Source: Octopus vulgaris | Lineage: Eukaryota | Direction: 5' to 3' | Length of the DNA stretch: 64,000 nucleotides | NCBI GenBank assembly: GCA_951406725.2 | Contig: OX597826.1 | Coordinates: 19,220,001-19,284,000 of the forward strand | Part shown: piece by piece, positions 41,558 to 56,078 of the stretch | Position numbering within the stretch: position 1 is the first letter of the stretch | Layout of the letters: every line of letters begins with the position of its first letter | Notes under the pieces: generated by a model | The model's input: the letters and a program-made list of their open reading frames with translations, nothing else | Database searches by the model: none | Told to the model about the DNA's origin: nothing | Program-made: the position numbers and the translations under genes

Positions 41558-42108
41558 CACTGATAAGATCATTAATTGATTTTATCCTTAATTATGTATG
41601 CACATATATTTTATTTATTCACTCCGATCCTGATATTTACTGCGATATTATCTTGATCAAATACGTACGAGGTTGAGATGGATAGTCGTATTTGACTCGT
41701 TTATACGTGTGGATATATGTACATATTTGTAGATATACGAATGTATTTGTATGGATATGTTTACATATTTATATTTATGTACTTCTGGTATATTCTACTG
41801 ATGACAGTAAAGTAATTTGTTTTACTAAATCAGAAATCGGACGATGAAGAATTAACCCCAAAATTTTACTAAATTTCTTTTATTCATTTGCTCGCTTTCA
41901 GCCTTGTGTTAATGAAATGTAATTTGAAGCGGTTTTTGGAGTCTTTCGACATCTACTTCTAGCTTGTAAGGGTACTGTTTCTCAGTACCCTTACTTATAA
42001 TTATATCTGTATAATTACAAATTTATATTAGTGTTTACCTCATTGGTTTTTATTATATGCTGGCACTGATAAGATCGTTATTGGATTTTATCCTTAATTA
42101 TGTATGCA
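41558..42108 (+). mobile_element. Element with ~45-nt direct terminal repeats (pseudo-LTR-like)
   Basis: cactgataagatc.tta..gattttatccttaattatgtatgca at 41558 and 42064; CTGATGA at 41798; 12-bp hairpin at 41966-41994. Confidence 0.55.
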
Positions 42109-42927
42109 TACATACACACACACATACATACATGCCAAACACACACTCACACGCACACATATCAGTCTGTATGTATACAATTACGCAAATTGCACACATA
42201 AAAGAGTGAAAAGTCATTTCTTGGACAGCCAGGTTCACAGCATTATTTCGAGTTACAGTTTTTCACTGACGCTTTTGCGAAATTTTTATACATCAGAACA
42301 CAAGTTTTAGTGTCACCTAAAATTAATATGGCAGATCACCTGTTACTAGATCCGTTTAACACTGAATTGTTATATAACCGTCATATACTACGTGTTACTT
42401 GGGTTGCTACTGCATTTTCAGATCGTGCATAGAGCTTCATAAATATACTTAGCTATATGAAAGTGACGCCCATAATCTATCGGGACTTTGTGTCATTTAT
42501 CTACAGTAAGTCCCTTTGAGCGAGCAGATCTGTCCCTCCTGGTGATACCTCACCAAACGGGAATTGAATTAAATGTTGATAAAATACCTTTCGTCATATT
42601 TATAAGGTAACTAAATTGCTGTGTGTCCTTTATTATTATAGCTAAACAGAAAGAAAACGGACCGGAATAGAGAAATCATACAGAGATGTCTACGAACTGA
42701 AGGTCCTTCATTTGACTGTCGCTTATCTTCCTGATGGGATACCTTCTTGTATTTAGGGCATTAGATTGGCAAATATCAGACCAAATACCCAACAATTATT
42801 GAGTCCAATTCCTGGTGAGTTCTTTCTTGCATAATATCATTCTAGGGTTGATAATGTCCATAGGTGGCAGATACAAGGCCAAACTTATTAACTATATCCT
42901 ACCCTAAAAATTTGAGTCCTTGTGCCA

Positions 42928-42982
<55 letters not shown>

Positions 42983-44291
42983 CGCACTTATGTTTTAAGA
43001 AGTTTGGGAGGAAGGAAAGAAAATTCGTAAGGACCTGTATTGATTAAGCTTTTAAACAACATGAGAAATATGGATCTCATTTACAAGCAAGGTCTATCAC
43101 TGGAAACATGGGAAAAACATTAGATTTAAAGAAAGATTAGGATGTATGCCAACGGGTAGTAATTTGAGATTCTAACTAGGTTTCGACACTCTGCCAAATA
43201 TTTTGCTAATTTCAAGAATAATTGCATTGTGTTTTTGGCTCGATGTTTTATGGAGTCGATACAATTCTCGCCTTAATATATTCTCGGGATGATCCCCGTG
43301 AATATATGGTAGTCATACATCAAGGTTCGGATCTGAGCTAACAAGGTTCTATCTACGTTAGAAGGTATTTTATTGGAAGTTTGCAAATATAAACATATTT
43401 TGACTACAGAAAGAAAAAAATTGGCTACTAAACTTGTTTTGTTGAATCACCGGTTGTATATAACTGGTATTGGATTAAAGGTGAAGTCAACTCCACTGGA
43501 ATGTGTACCATTAAATGTGGGGCTCAAAAATATCCTACCGACACATGATATATAGAGCTTGTGAATTCAGACGTGATGTTTTGGGACAAAGCCATCAATT
43601 TATATACGAGACAAAAACAACATTGACAACTCTGCCAATGGCCCTAAAGGTGGCAATGGAAAGCTTGGAGTAATCCAAGACTGGAACCATTCTGTAGTCT
43701 ACGTTTGCCGGGAGCGTACTCTTTGATATCGACATGTTAACCTTTAATGCTCTTATCGCCTGGCAGCTGCTAGAAACAAGACGAGAAACAACAGAAGTAA
43801 CATTACGACGACAAAAGAAGAACAACAAAAATATTTACCAACGGCATTTAAGAACAACTGCAGCAATAAGAACAGCAAGAATAAATTGCGGCAGCAACAG
43901 CAGCAGCTGAAGCAGAAGCAGTCGTAACCATAACAAGAACAGCAATACAAGCAGAAGTAAAGTAGCAAGGAGAGGGAGAGAGAGGGAGAGAGAGGGAGAG
44001 AGAGAAGGAAAGAGAGAAGGAGAAAGAGAGAAAGGGAGTAGAGAGAGAGGATTGTGTTGGTATATAAATGGTGTAAATGGTTGACATAGCTGTGTTCTCA
44101 TCAGTATATAAGCTCTGTAGCTCTAATTCGCTATTCTACCTGGAACAGAACAAAATACTAAATACTTTTGTTGCTTCTTTCTCTTTATGTTGTTTCTTTT
44201 TTACTGTTATTTATTGTGTTCACTCAGCTGCCGTCACTTTATGTTCCAAATAGTTGAGAAAAAAATTAGGAATGCCAAAGCTGTCGGTAAG

Positions 44292-44326
<35 letters not shown>

Positions 44327-44499
44327 TATATATACACAGACACAGACACAGAGACAAACAGACACACACACACGTTCGTGTGTGTGTGTAATATATTTAT
44401 GATATATAGATATATACACATATATGTGTTTTCATGTGTGGGTATATTTATGTATGTAAATATATAGGTATGCATGAATGTAACAAACATAGGCATATA

Positions 44500-44554
<55 letters not shown>

Positions 44555-44867
44555 CTATTTTAGTGAGGTTTCTAGACAATAGATAATCTGAGCAACTGCA
44601 CCTTAGAAATTCGTCGCTAGTGAGGTAAGCCTGAGCCATATTTTTGCGGACACCAATGTAGCTGCGCTTGTAATTCTCCTCTCTCGACATTATAAATGTT
44701 AACAAGGAGAAGTCTCGCTGCCTTAAAGCCAATTCCAGCGTGGAATCAATGTCATTGAAGGTGTTCTATATGTATACATACATGCAATCACATCCGCATA
44801 AATATGCATAGCACACTCACATACATGAGTGTCTGGTTTTAGAAAGGAAGAACACACACGCACACAC

Positions 44868-44908
<41 letters not shown>

Positions 44909-44999
44909 TATATACACAGATGTGTATATATGTGTGTGTATGTATATATCTATATCTATCTACACACACACACACACTGATATACTTAATTCTTTCAGT

Positions 45000-45405
45000 C
45001 TTTTTCTTGTTTCAGTCACTAGACTGCGACCATGCTGGGGCATCGTCTTGAATGTTTTATATTCTTTTTGTCGAACGAATCGGTCTCAAGGCTTATTATT
45101 TTAAGCCAGGTACTTATTCTATTACGCCTCTTTGGCCGAACCGCTAAGTTACGAGGAAGCACATACTCCAACACCGGACGCCAAACGGTGGGTGGGTGGG
45201 GGACAAAGACATACACACATGGATATACATACATACGTGTATATATATGCAACGGCTTCTTTCAGTTTCCGTCTACCAAATCCACTCACAAGGATTTGGT
45301 CAGCCCGAGGCAATAGTAGAAGATACTTGGCCAAAATACCACACAGTGGGACTGAACCCGGAACCATGTGTTTGGGAAATGAGCTTCTTACCACACAGCC
45401 ACGTC
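45000..45405 (-). mobile_element. SINE family A, near full length
   Basis: Colinear with 15259-15652. Confidence 0.85.
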
Positions 45406-45457
45406 TATGCATATGTAGATATATACATATAAATATATATGTGTGTGTATGAGCATA

Positions 45458-45531
<74 letters not shown>

Positions 45532-46129
45532 TTATATATATACATACATACACATACACACACACAAACACACACATATATATATATATTACGGAGATAT
45601 ACTTGCATAGCAAGTGACTTGGTCTGAGATCGTGTGCTGAAACAAAAACAGTTGCTGCGTGGAAGATGTTTATAAGCCATTTAAGAACACACAAAAGACC
45701 GTTAGATTCACTTCAATATTTACATTTAATTTATGTCAAAGTATTTTCGTTGCTTGAAACCGCGACTGACAAAGCTTCGAGATGCATAACAGGTAGCGGT
45801 TTGAAAGCATTTGTCGTATTTATTTGTATATAAGTTAGTCCCGAGTCCATTTACCGGCATTGTTACCGTGTTAGCTGTATTATAAGTATTTCCACTACTA
45901 CAAATTGATCGAAGGTGATGTTTATCAATGCGGTTTACATCTCCTTGGCTGGTATTTAGATGCAAATGTTCGCTAGATCCAGTAGGTAGGTTATTGAACC
46001 TTTGCCGCATTTTGCTATTGTTTATAAGATGCATAAATTAGCAGAGTTGACGTAGGATACCTTCAAGGTGTGTCGATTAAAAATAGCATCATGCCGATAA
46101 ATGCTCATGCAGAGAAAAATCAAAATGTC

Positions 46130-46275
46130 CTTTGATGAATCTCTGTATGAGTACAAATCTTGTATATAAATGTACCGTGTACACAAGGGGAGGGCCGTAT
46201 GTTTACATTGGGCAGACGGCTGATTCATTTAAGAATCGTTATCGTGATCATGTTGCCAGCTTTAAGGCAATCAAT
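46130..46275 (+). mobile_element. Penelope GIY-YIG endonuclease fragment
   Basis: CMSTNLVYKCTV..YVYIGQTADSFKNRYRDHVASFK. Confidence 0.85.
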
Positions 46276-46334
46276 AGGAGACATTCAACATTCGCGGTCA
46301 ATCTGGAGCATATATTACTTGTTTCATTTACTGG

Positions 46335-46536
46335 TCAGCGGCCATCCAGGAGCACCTACATGAAGGGTTTAGTCGACTTCGGTACTTTTTTTAAAAAAAC
46401 ATGATGCTTATTCTATTGTTTTTTTTTTCGTCGAGCCACTAACTTACGGAGACCCAAAGAAACTAACATCGGTTGTCAAAGAACGATGTGGACAAACACA
46501 AAGATACACACATACACAGACACGCACACACACACA

Positions 46537-46582
<46 letters not shown>

Positions 46583-46680
46583 TATACACATATGTATACG
46601 ACAGTCTTCTTTCAGTGTCCGTCTATCAAATCCACTCGCAAGGTTTGGTGGATCCAGCGTTATCGTAGAAGAAACTATCT
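46335..46680 (-). mobile_element. SINE family A, diverged
   Basis: cttctttcagtgtccgtctatcaaatccactcgcaagg. Confidence 0.7.
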
Positions 46681-47049
46681 TGAACTAATACTGCTCATAA
46701 TGGATCTGTGTGTGCGCGCACGCGCTTGTGTGTTCCTTCATGGAACAAAAAATGAGCACTAAAGAGATGTGTTGATTGATAAAGCGAATGCGTAGATTAA
46801 CTTACATTTTCATGTCTGAGGATTAGTAAATATGACAATCTCTACAAAGAGAAATATGGGATTCTATGAATTAGCCGGTCGTATGTCAAGAGCTTCCACT
46901 TAGGTGCATTACATCTGAGTTGTTCTAAGGACTGCAACTCATTCCAAACACTCCTGGTACACACACACACACACAAAGTCTTTGCACGTATATGTTTCCC
47001 CGAAGACTTAAAGGTGACATCCACATCAAGTGCAGCCTTTCTTGGATTC

Positions 47050-47700
47050 GTGAGCGCTACATCAAATCACATTTCAATGTGTGATGTGACGTGGGCGTTC
47101 ATATCACAATCCAAGAGCAAGAGACAGTCACAAGATACTTTATGAACAAAAGAGACAGAAAACCTCTCGGTGAGCCAAGATGCAACTGAAAAGGCATCAC
47201 ACGTGTGATCAGCAGCTGATCAAAAGTCCTCAAGCTCTACCTCCCAATGTGGCATGATGTTGTAACGAAAACAACATACAATGCTATCCGAAAAAGTCAG
47301 TGCTGAGATAAATATAGAGAATCCTATGTCATAGAATACATACACAAACATCAACACAAGGGATATTGTTGGGACATTCCCCGTAAAGCTTCTACCAAGG
47401 GCAAATATCACAGGTCGGATATAGTTGTACTAATATAGAGGTCAGCTGTCCTGCTGATCTTTTCGAAAGAAGATAACTATGGAACAACTGTTTCGAAACT
47501 TCTAGCTTCTATATTCATATCATGAATTCACATTTATACGAACAATAATTTATGCATTTGTTATTGTGAACAAATGCCTGAGTGACTATCTGGAAAAGCT
47601 AGGGCTTTCAGAAAAAGAAATTAACCGGCTAACACGGATATCATAAATACACCCTACAAAGAGAACAGTAAAAATGTTTTTGTTTTCTACATTCCGACGA
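47050..47700 (+). mobile_element. R4/Dong LINE C-terminal relic (restriction-like endonuclease)
   Basis: IQEQETVTRY, YLPMWHDVVTKTTYNAI, WDIP..YHRSDIVV, VSCPAD, KEDNYG, YLEKLG.SEKEI. Confidence 0.75.
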
Positions 47701-47929
47701 TGGAGCCTTGCATCTTTGTTAAAAACCAGCACCATCCTTACAGAAAGAAATCAAATAATTAAAAATTGAAGAGAACACGCATACTTACATGTATGTATGT
47801 ATGTATGTATGTATGTATGTATGTATGTATGTATGTATGTATGTATGTATGTATACTATTTCTGAATTCTATTGCATCTGTTGGACGCAAAGTTCAATAG
47901 ATTTTTTTTTTTGAAAGCACGGACAGCTC

Positions 47930-48100
47930 CCTTATGTCATCAACAAGTTCCCACTACCTCTCGTCGCATCATTCTTATCTATGTTTCTCGTGGTTTCTGT
48001 CTTCTGCTGCTGTCTGTCCACCTTGACGCATTTCGAACGAGGATTCTATCTCGTCTATAGATGTGTCCGTATCATCTACATCGCGAGAATCTTATAAAGT
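47930..48100 (-). mobile_element. RTE-like LINE 3' relic
   Basis: IRFSRCR*YGHIYRRD..A.RWT..RRQKPRET*.R..RRE. Confidence 0.55.
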
Positions 48101-48111
48101 TACTTTAACCA

Positions 48112-48173
<62 letters not shown>

Positions 48174-48950
48174 CCTCTCTCTCTCCGTCTTGTTGCACAC
48201 GTAATTTTGTCACTCGATTCGAGAGAATAAATAATGAAGATTATTAGGGGGTACTTGAGTACTATGGTTGCAAGTAAGAGCTCACTTGATTCGGAGTTTG
48301 AGCAGAAGCATTTGAATTATAAAAGCAGAACAAGTAATGGACGTGTTAAAATTTATATCGAAACCCAAATGTCTCTCGTCCCACAAGGTAAAATTCCGTG
48401 TACCATGGCAAGATTGATATTATTGACACACATATAAATATAAGTACACATATACGCACAAAAACAAAAAAAACACACACACATACACACAACACTCAAA
48501 GACAAACACCTACTCGTACCTATATATTTCTATGCGTGCGCGCACACTCAAACGCATATACATACATATATACACACCATATTGAATTTTCTACTAAAAC
48601 AACCAGTCCCTTACAGTAATATAATGTCATTGCTATTATAATTCCCCACGAAAGAAGAAAGAAGGATAACTGCATTTATGGCACTAAGTTCAGAAATTAT
48701 TTACAAACAGCAACAGTCTTTAAGTGCTGGTTTCATTACACCTGTAGCAGTATTGAATGGTAATCTAACAAAACACAGACTGAATCTACTTCTATACCAG
48801 ATGAATATTTGCAGGCTTAAATTTCTAATTTAGACTTCCTACAATCTATATTCTCCAATAATCGCTAAATATACACAGACAGACAGACAGACACACAGAC
48901 CCCCCCACCACACACCTCCCACCCTCACCGTAGCCTCCCCATACACATAT

Positions 48951-49025
<75 letters not shown>

Positions 49026-49708
49026 CTCCCGTTCTATGCACTTATGACTCTAAATAACTTGTTTATACGCATGTTTCAACACTTTTAACAAGAACAATAC
49101 AGTTAATTACTTGCTGATTGTTCGGTGTATTTCAACAGTAGCAATCTGCTCTGTTAAAGTGTGAGCTGGAAATGGTTGACGATAGAAGTGATGGAAGTAG
49201 ATAGATTACCTGAAATAAGATGTTAACACAATGAGCTTAGATTACAGCAGCAATAAATGAATTCATCAATTAAGATATAGAGTATTATATACGTTTATGA
49301 ATTTGTGTTGCAAGATTCTTGATGTGAAAACGTGTGTTGAAACAGATTTTGTTGTATTTCGGGATGACCTTTTTTTGCCAAATAAACACACGCACTGTAT
49401 ATTCTTTCTTCTCTCGTTTATTACTGATTTTAACTCGTATCCGTTGTCCGGAAATCTTTCGTCACACATCTGTGACCTCTTCAGCAACACTTTGCGTTTC
49501 CATGTGTGCTCTGCTCCACTTAGTCCATTCTGTTCTTCTATGATGCGTATCCTTACATGCGCATCCGTTTGCGCCTCTATTTGTGTGTGTGTGTGTGTGT
49601 GTGTGTGTCATTGCTTGGAAGCACTATGACCCGCTCCTCTTCCCTGTCCCCTCCCCCGTTGCCGTTGTTGCTATCCTTGACCCCCCGACTTCTGGTACCG
49701 TTCCTGTA

Positions 49709-49748
<40 letters not shown>

Positions 49749-50313
49749 CGCCTACGCTGCTGCAATCGTGGTAGTTGTTGCCGTTCTTGTTGTTGCTGCT
49801 GTTGTTGTTCGTCGCGTTGTTGGTGTTGTTGCAGCAGTTTGGGAAGTCACTGTATGTGTGTTTGTGTGTTTATATGGCTTCGCTTACTATATTGTTTGTA
49901 TCCGCTCCTTTTTATTGTTTGTATCCGCTCCTTTTATACAGTTTTGTTTTACCTATTTATCCCTATTTATGATAGGTATGTGCATATTTGTCTATTGTGT
50001 GTGTATAACACTGTTTGTATCTGGGTTTCCACCCCCGTTTGTCTTTAGCCGTCATTTTACGTGGTGTGGTGGTGGGTGTTATTGTTCCCCTCGTATTTTC
50101 TGTTGAGGCTCAGGTAAATATAATCGAAGATGATCAGAAAAACAGTTTAGAGTTGCTGTTTTGCCACCTCAGGTCGGATTGGTAAACCCGTTTTTCTCAT
50201 ATTCTGAGATGAGGGCTACAATCCAGATGTCGAAACTGATGAGAGAACCACAAAATGGTAGAGAGAAAGTGCCAGAGAGAAAAAGGGTGAGAGAGAGAGA
50301 GGGAGACAGAGAG

Positions 50314-50366
<53 letters not shown>

Positions 50367-50671
50367 GAAAGGGAGGGAAAGAGAGCAGTATTTCATCCAG
50401 TGATAGAATTATTTCCTTTATTATCTGTTTTAGAAATGCTTTCTGCTTACTTTTAATTTAGAGAACAAAGTGAAACCGGTACGATTCTGTATGGAACTTG
50501 ATTAGCAAACTTTGCACCAACGGAGATTGGCCACGATCACATTCAATACTATATCGTTATACAGGACCTTATCAAGTCGCTGGGCCAAAATCTGTGGCTG
50601 TGTCCGCTGTAAGAACCATTGCTTTTGGTACTAACCTGTGTCCACATTATTATTAACATACAATTCTCTTC

Positions 50672-50728
<57 letters not shown>

Positions 50729-50775
50729 ACATGCATGGCGGTATGTATATATGCATATATTGGTATGTATGTATG

Positions 50776-51300
50776 TATAAGACAACTTTTAAAAACATAC
50801 TTAAAAAGATAAATATCATAACTAATAACTGGGAAGATCTTGCATCAGATAAGGACCTGTAAAGGAATCTAATTGTTACTGCTGTGAAAAGATTCGAGAA
50901 CTACAGGGTTGCATATACTGAGTTGAAACGTGGTAGTAAATATATGGAGGATGTGAAAGGTCACGAAAGGGTCAATTTCGTGCGACCAATGTGGTCGTAT
51001 CTGCTTTCTAAAGTTAGACCTCAGCCACAAGCGTAGTCACGGAGGCACTGACGTCTACAAGTTTGATATCCAGCATGATCACTTGTATGCCTTGTGTAGC
51101 AGTGAGTGTGGGGTGGCCAGTGGACTCAGTTTGAATTGCAGTTCCTAACATTTAGGTGGCTGGGCTGCCGCTGGTGTATGTGAGTGGGCTGGATGGGTGA
51201 CTTCTTGTCGTTGTGGAATGTCATAGAACACACTTGCGGTGGGGAAACTATCTTGAGTTGTTTTATAGTGAAATGGGTCAAGGAAATGGTCTTATTCGAC
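50776..51300 (+). mobile_element. RTE LINE C-terminus (C2H2 finger) and probable 3' UTR
   Basis: YK..K..LK..I..NWEDLASDK..*R..V.RFE..R..ELKR / CDQCGRIC..LSHKRSH. Confidence 0.75.
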
Positions 51301-51384
51301 CACGTGTCGATTTCCTCCATATGTGTGCGTGTGTGTATATATATATATATACATGCACATATACATATCTATATACATACATAC

Positions 51385-51417
<33 letters not shown>

Positions 51418-52404
51418 TGTAAAGATCGTCCAGCAGACAGACAAATAACACACCATACCATTCTATGGCTGGTCTTTTCCACGTAGTGTTTTTCACACAA
51501 GAGGAATCACCATAGTTTGATGTAAGTCGCTCTAACAGTTTCTTATTTGAATTTAAATATTTAAAGCTAATTAGGACAAACTAATACGGATTAGAATTGA
51601 TATTGGAGCAACTACGTTCGTACAACGAATTTGCTCAAGCAGAACTGAACAGGGTGACCTAATAATACCACCAAAACTAAAATGTTTTATATAAAATAAA
51701 CAGATAAATATCAACAACGAAAAAAAAAATACAACTAAAATGCTGCACTAAATGAGAACATGTGAACAAAAACACAAATACCGTTCATTGGCACTAATAC
51801 CAACATTTCTATTTATTTTTATAGTACGCTTTTCCATCTTAAGCTTTCAAACTACACACATGCATAATCTCTCTTTCTCATCCTCCTCTGTCTCTTTCTT
51901 ACACACACACACACACACACACACGCATGCGTGCAAACACACGCTCTCACTTTCGCCCTCTTTCTCTCTTCTCCCTCTCTCCATCCCATCATACACCGTC
52001 GTACATATATTTTAATCTACCCCAACACCAGCTTCTTCGAAGACAACCATCTCATCATATACATATTTCTTGTTCTGCAGAAAGTGGCTGCCATTTTGCC
52101 AGGCATTCTTGGTGACGTCAACACTGGAAGCCACAATTCCGATAGCAATCTCCGGTTGTGTATCTATCTGACAACTTCAGATCATCTTACACAATCTGCT
52201 CCATCATTCGCCAGACCTAACTACTAACATGTAAATCCTATCCTCTATAACTCCTCCCCCTCCGCCTCCCTTCCTCCTCTTTCTTCTTCTTCTGCTCCTC
52301 CTCCTCCACCACCTCATCATCATCATTATCATCATAACGTGCGCATCAACGTTATCATATTAGGCCCTCTCCTCCTCTTTCCTTCACATTCTCTGCATCA
52401 TTCC

Positions 52405-52435
<31 letters not shown>

Positions 52436-53799
52436 ATCATCATCATCATCATCGTCATTCTTAAGTAAGACAAGCCCAGCATAATTTGGACAATTGCTAA
52501 AAAGTCCAATAGTAAACTACGAAGAGACTCACATGTACGCATGTACGCCCGCCTGCACGCGCGCACGCGAACACATGCGAATACATTCATCCAGTGAGGC
52601 AAACGTGCCGATGGATATTTGCTTTGCGGGTTTGTATGTATGTGTGTGTTTATGTGTTGGTATTTATGTACATATCTTTGTATGAATTATAAATGTATAC
52701 ATACACGGCTATGTATGCATGTTTGCATGCATTTGAGTGCGCACATTATATGTGTGTGTGTATATATATGCATACATACATGCATGTACATGGTTGGACA
52801 CACCCGTACTTAGATAGCTAGACAGAAGGTGTGTGAGTGCGTGCAAGTGTGAGTGTGTCCGGGGAACCTGTCAGTTCCTAAGCTGATGTGATTCTGGCAT
52901 ATGAGGCTCGGATGGGAAAGAAATGCAGGGTTAAGGATAGGGTGGAGCCTAAGTGGTAGGTAAGTGGAAGGTAGACGGGTGGAGGGGGATGTGAAGGGAG
53001 GAGATGAGAGAAAGAAAGACAAGACAGGGGTGGATGGTATTAGTTTTCAGCTTTTTATCTCAGCTTAATTATGACATACTAGAACACACGAAGAAACAAT
53101 AAAGAGTGTTTTATTGTGTGTAAGTATTTCTACTCACAATTGACTTAGTCTTTCTCCCTCTCGCTCACACAGATAATATCTGATACACAAGCACACACGT
53201 AAGAACACATACACACACACTCGTAGGAACACACACACACACACACATACACGCACACACACAATCAAAAAATCATAAACATATATATATGTATCTATGT
53301 ATGTGAAAGGCCTCTGTCGGTCAAGATTGACCATGCATCTGCGTATGTATGAACTAAAGTTTTCTGAAAGACTAGGAATTTGTCTATGCATGTTACTCCC
53401 CTCTCGCCACGTTACCAATATTTATCCAGAAGAAATGTTGTGCACTTGGGCCGATACAACTTGGCACCAGTGTCGTCACAGGCGTTGAGTGGTCTTCTTG
53501 CTGTAGGAATGTGCGGAAGTCTCTAAACTATAACACCCAATGTGGTCTGTTGCTCAACACGATGCCAATGGCTAGCAAAGCTTACCTTGCATTTGGGAAA
53601 TAATAATAGAGATGAGTGGAACGTGTCCATAAATCCACTCTTTTGTTTTGTGCTCATGCTGAAGGCGATGCTGAGGCTCCTTGTCCAGAGTCCGAGTTTT
53701 GACCCTGTACTGAAGAATAGACTCTACACACGAATTCTAATGGTGTTAATTTCGCTGATTTTTTGTTCTGTATATTATTCACCCAAAATAAATTTTAAA

Positions 53800-54290
53800 T
53801 AGACGGAAAAATCCAAATTCACTCGTCAGCAAATGTGTAACTGAGTATTGATTCCCACAACTTCGCAAAGGAGATGAGAGCCTTGAAGATAAAGAAGATT
53901 GCAGAGAATAATATTTGAGGCTATTATTGTAGAGTGCGCACACAAAACAATTCAGAGAGTTGCAGAGTTAAACGTTGACCGACATTTGCTCCACATTAGA
54001 AAACTAAGGAAAACCCGATAAATGAGCGCTGCACGAGCTGCACGAAAATAGATTTTTTAAAAATGTGGTCACGAAATTTGCTGTGTGTTGCTTTTGTGCA
54101 ACAAAAGCAATCTATTATTTTTTTATTGCATTGGAACATGAGGCGAAAATGGAATCTTTGCATGCAACGATCGTGATCTTCCCAGTGGCCGGACAAACAC
54201 TTTCCTAAACTGCATTGAAAGAAGGATTTAGTTACTGTTTTGAGATCGGAACTGGGATCATCCATCACTATGCCTTGCATCTTTGCCTCG
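53800..54290 (+). mobile_element. Mariner transposase relic, heavily decayed
   Basis: RKGDESLEDKE, KTIQRVAELNVD, HELHEN, LLLCNKSN, GEKW-like, HFPKLH*KKDLVTV..GIIHH. Confidence 0.75.
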
Positions 54291-54921
54291 TATAATATAA
54301 AAAACATTAAATATTGAACATATAAATCATACTTTCTCCTTCTAGTTTGACCATATTATGGAAAATATAATCCAAACTGAGAGATTTTTTGTTGTTTTTT
54401 TTTTAAGAATAATTTGTGCTATATAGATGACGTCGAACTAGCAATGGAATTAATCAACTTCTAATGTCTTCCAGTAGATTCTAATTTTAATTTTTCTTAT
54501 CTAACCGTAGACCGTCATAATATATAATGTACAGTATTTAGTTTCGGTTCAAATATCATCACAGTCAGCATTGCCTTTAGATTCGATAAACTAACTGCCC
54601 AGACATAAACAACGTTCAATGAAATTGGTATTTCTTTTTCTTTATGAATATTTGATGTTAGGCCAATGTTAAGAAGGTTATTATTGTTGTTTTCGCTATT
54701 ATTATTATTGTTGTTGTTGTTGTTGTTGTTGTCACTTTTGTCATCACAGACTATCCTTTTCTCCTCTGACACATGTGACACAACAAAAACACAAACTCAC
54801 ACTCATATCTTCACGCGTGCCAATACATGTGGAGGGATTATGAATGAGGGAGTTCATACGCAGATACGTATGCTGTGGATATGTACACAATGTGCGGTTC
54901 AATATTAATTGTGCTTGCAAC

Positions 54922-55102
54922 GTGGAGAGCTGGCAAAATAGTTAGCACGCCGGGCAAAATACTGAGCGACATTTCGTCCGTCTTCGCGTTCTGAGTTCAA
55001 ATTCCGCCGAGGTCGACTTTGCCTTTCATCCTTTTGGCCCCAATTAAACACTGGGGTCGATATAATCGGCTTACCCACTCCCCTGAAATTGCCCTTGTGT
55101 CA
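54922..55102 (+). mobile_element. SINE family B (tRNA head, Nin-domain-like core)
   Basis: gagctggca..gttagcacgccgggc..gagttcaaattccgccgaggtcgactttgcctttcatcc. Confidence 0.85.
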
Positions 55103-55865
55103 ATTGACTCCTTCTACGTCGAAAGATGAATGTTTCTCTAAACTATGTATACATGCACAATGCTATTACAGGTAATAAATATGAGCAGAATTAAAATTGG
55201 TACCGGTTTTTACTCCCCCGTACAGCTGGGTATTCATTTTATTATCAATAATATATATTTCAGTTACACACACGCCCGCACACACACACAATTAAAAACA
55301 CATAAATATGCATTTTTGTTCAATCCTCAGTAAATCTTCAAAGAAAACGTAAGAAAATAAAAGGAATTATTTGTAACCCGACAACATGACACCGAGAAAA
55401 CACGTTATCTTGGCTACAACAGCACTGTGTAAGGTAGATAATCAAGCGCCAATCGAGAATGTTTCTGTTCTGGCTGTAAGCAGCATAATTAATCTCACAC
55501 CACTACAACATTAATACTCCAGTACATCAATTACTCGGGGAACGATATTTCTGGAATTTCTATAAACTATTATAATGCCACTGAGATAATATGACACTAA
55601 TGCACCCCAGAAACCCAGACTTTACAAGTTTAAAAATACAGGTCTCGACTATGTGATTGGTCATTACAACTCTGATGTATGGCGATGCGTATAAACTAAA
55701 TGTATTGGATCTCGATGCTACGGTGTCTGGTAAGCAACATTGAGTTAAGTTTGTGTGATTACTTGCTTCTCGAATCTATTATTAAAGTAATTCGGTATTT
55801 CATCATTGAGTTGATGATATATAGCAATAATATAAGAAATTGCAATAATATTATTCGAAAGAAAT

Positions 55866-56078
55866 AAGGCGCAAGCTGGCATTGCCGTTAACAAGCAGGG
55901 CAAAATGCTTAGCGGCATTCCGTCCGTCCCACGTTCTGAGTTCGAATTCAGTCGCGGTCGACTTTACCTTTCATCCTTTCGGGGTCGATAAATTAAGTAG
56001 CAGCTGAACATTGGAGTCGATTTAATCGACTTATCCCCTTTCCGAAATTGCTGGCTCTATGCCAAATTTTGAAATCAC
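55866..56078 (+). mobile_element. SINE family B copy
   Basis: gttctgagttcgaattc..gtcgactttacctttcatcctttcggggtcgataaattaag. Confidence 0.85.

Noticed and set aside
50958-50974. DR5-like nuclear receptor element AGGTCAcgaaaGGGTCA
   Set aside because: Lies inside a decayed RTE coding relic; a single motif with no support for function
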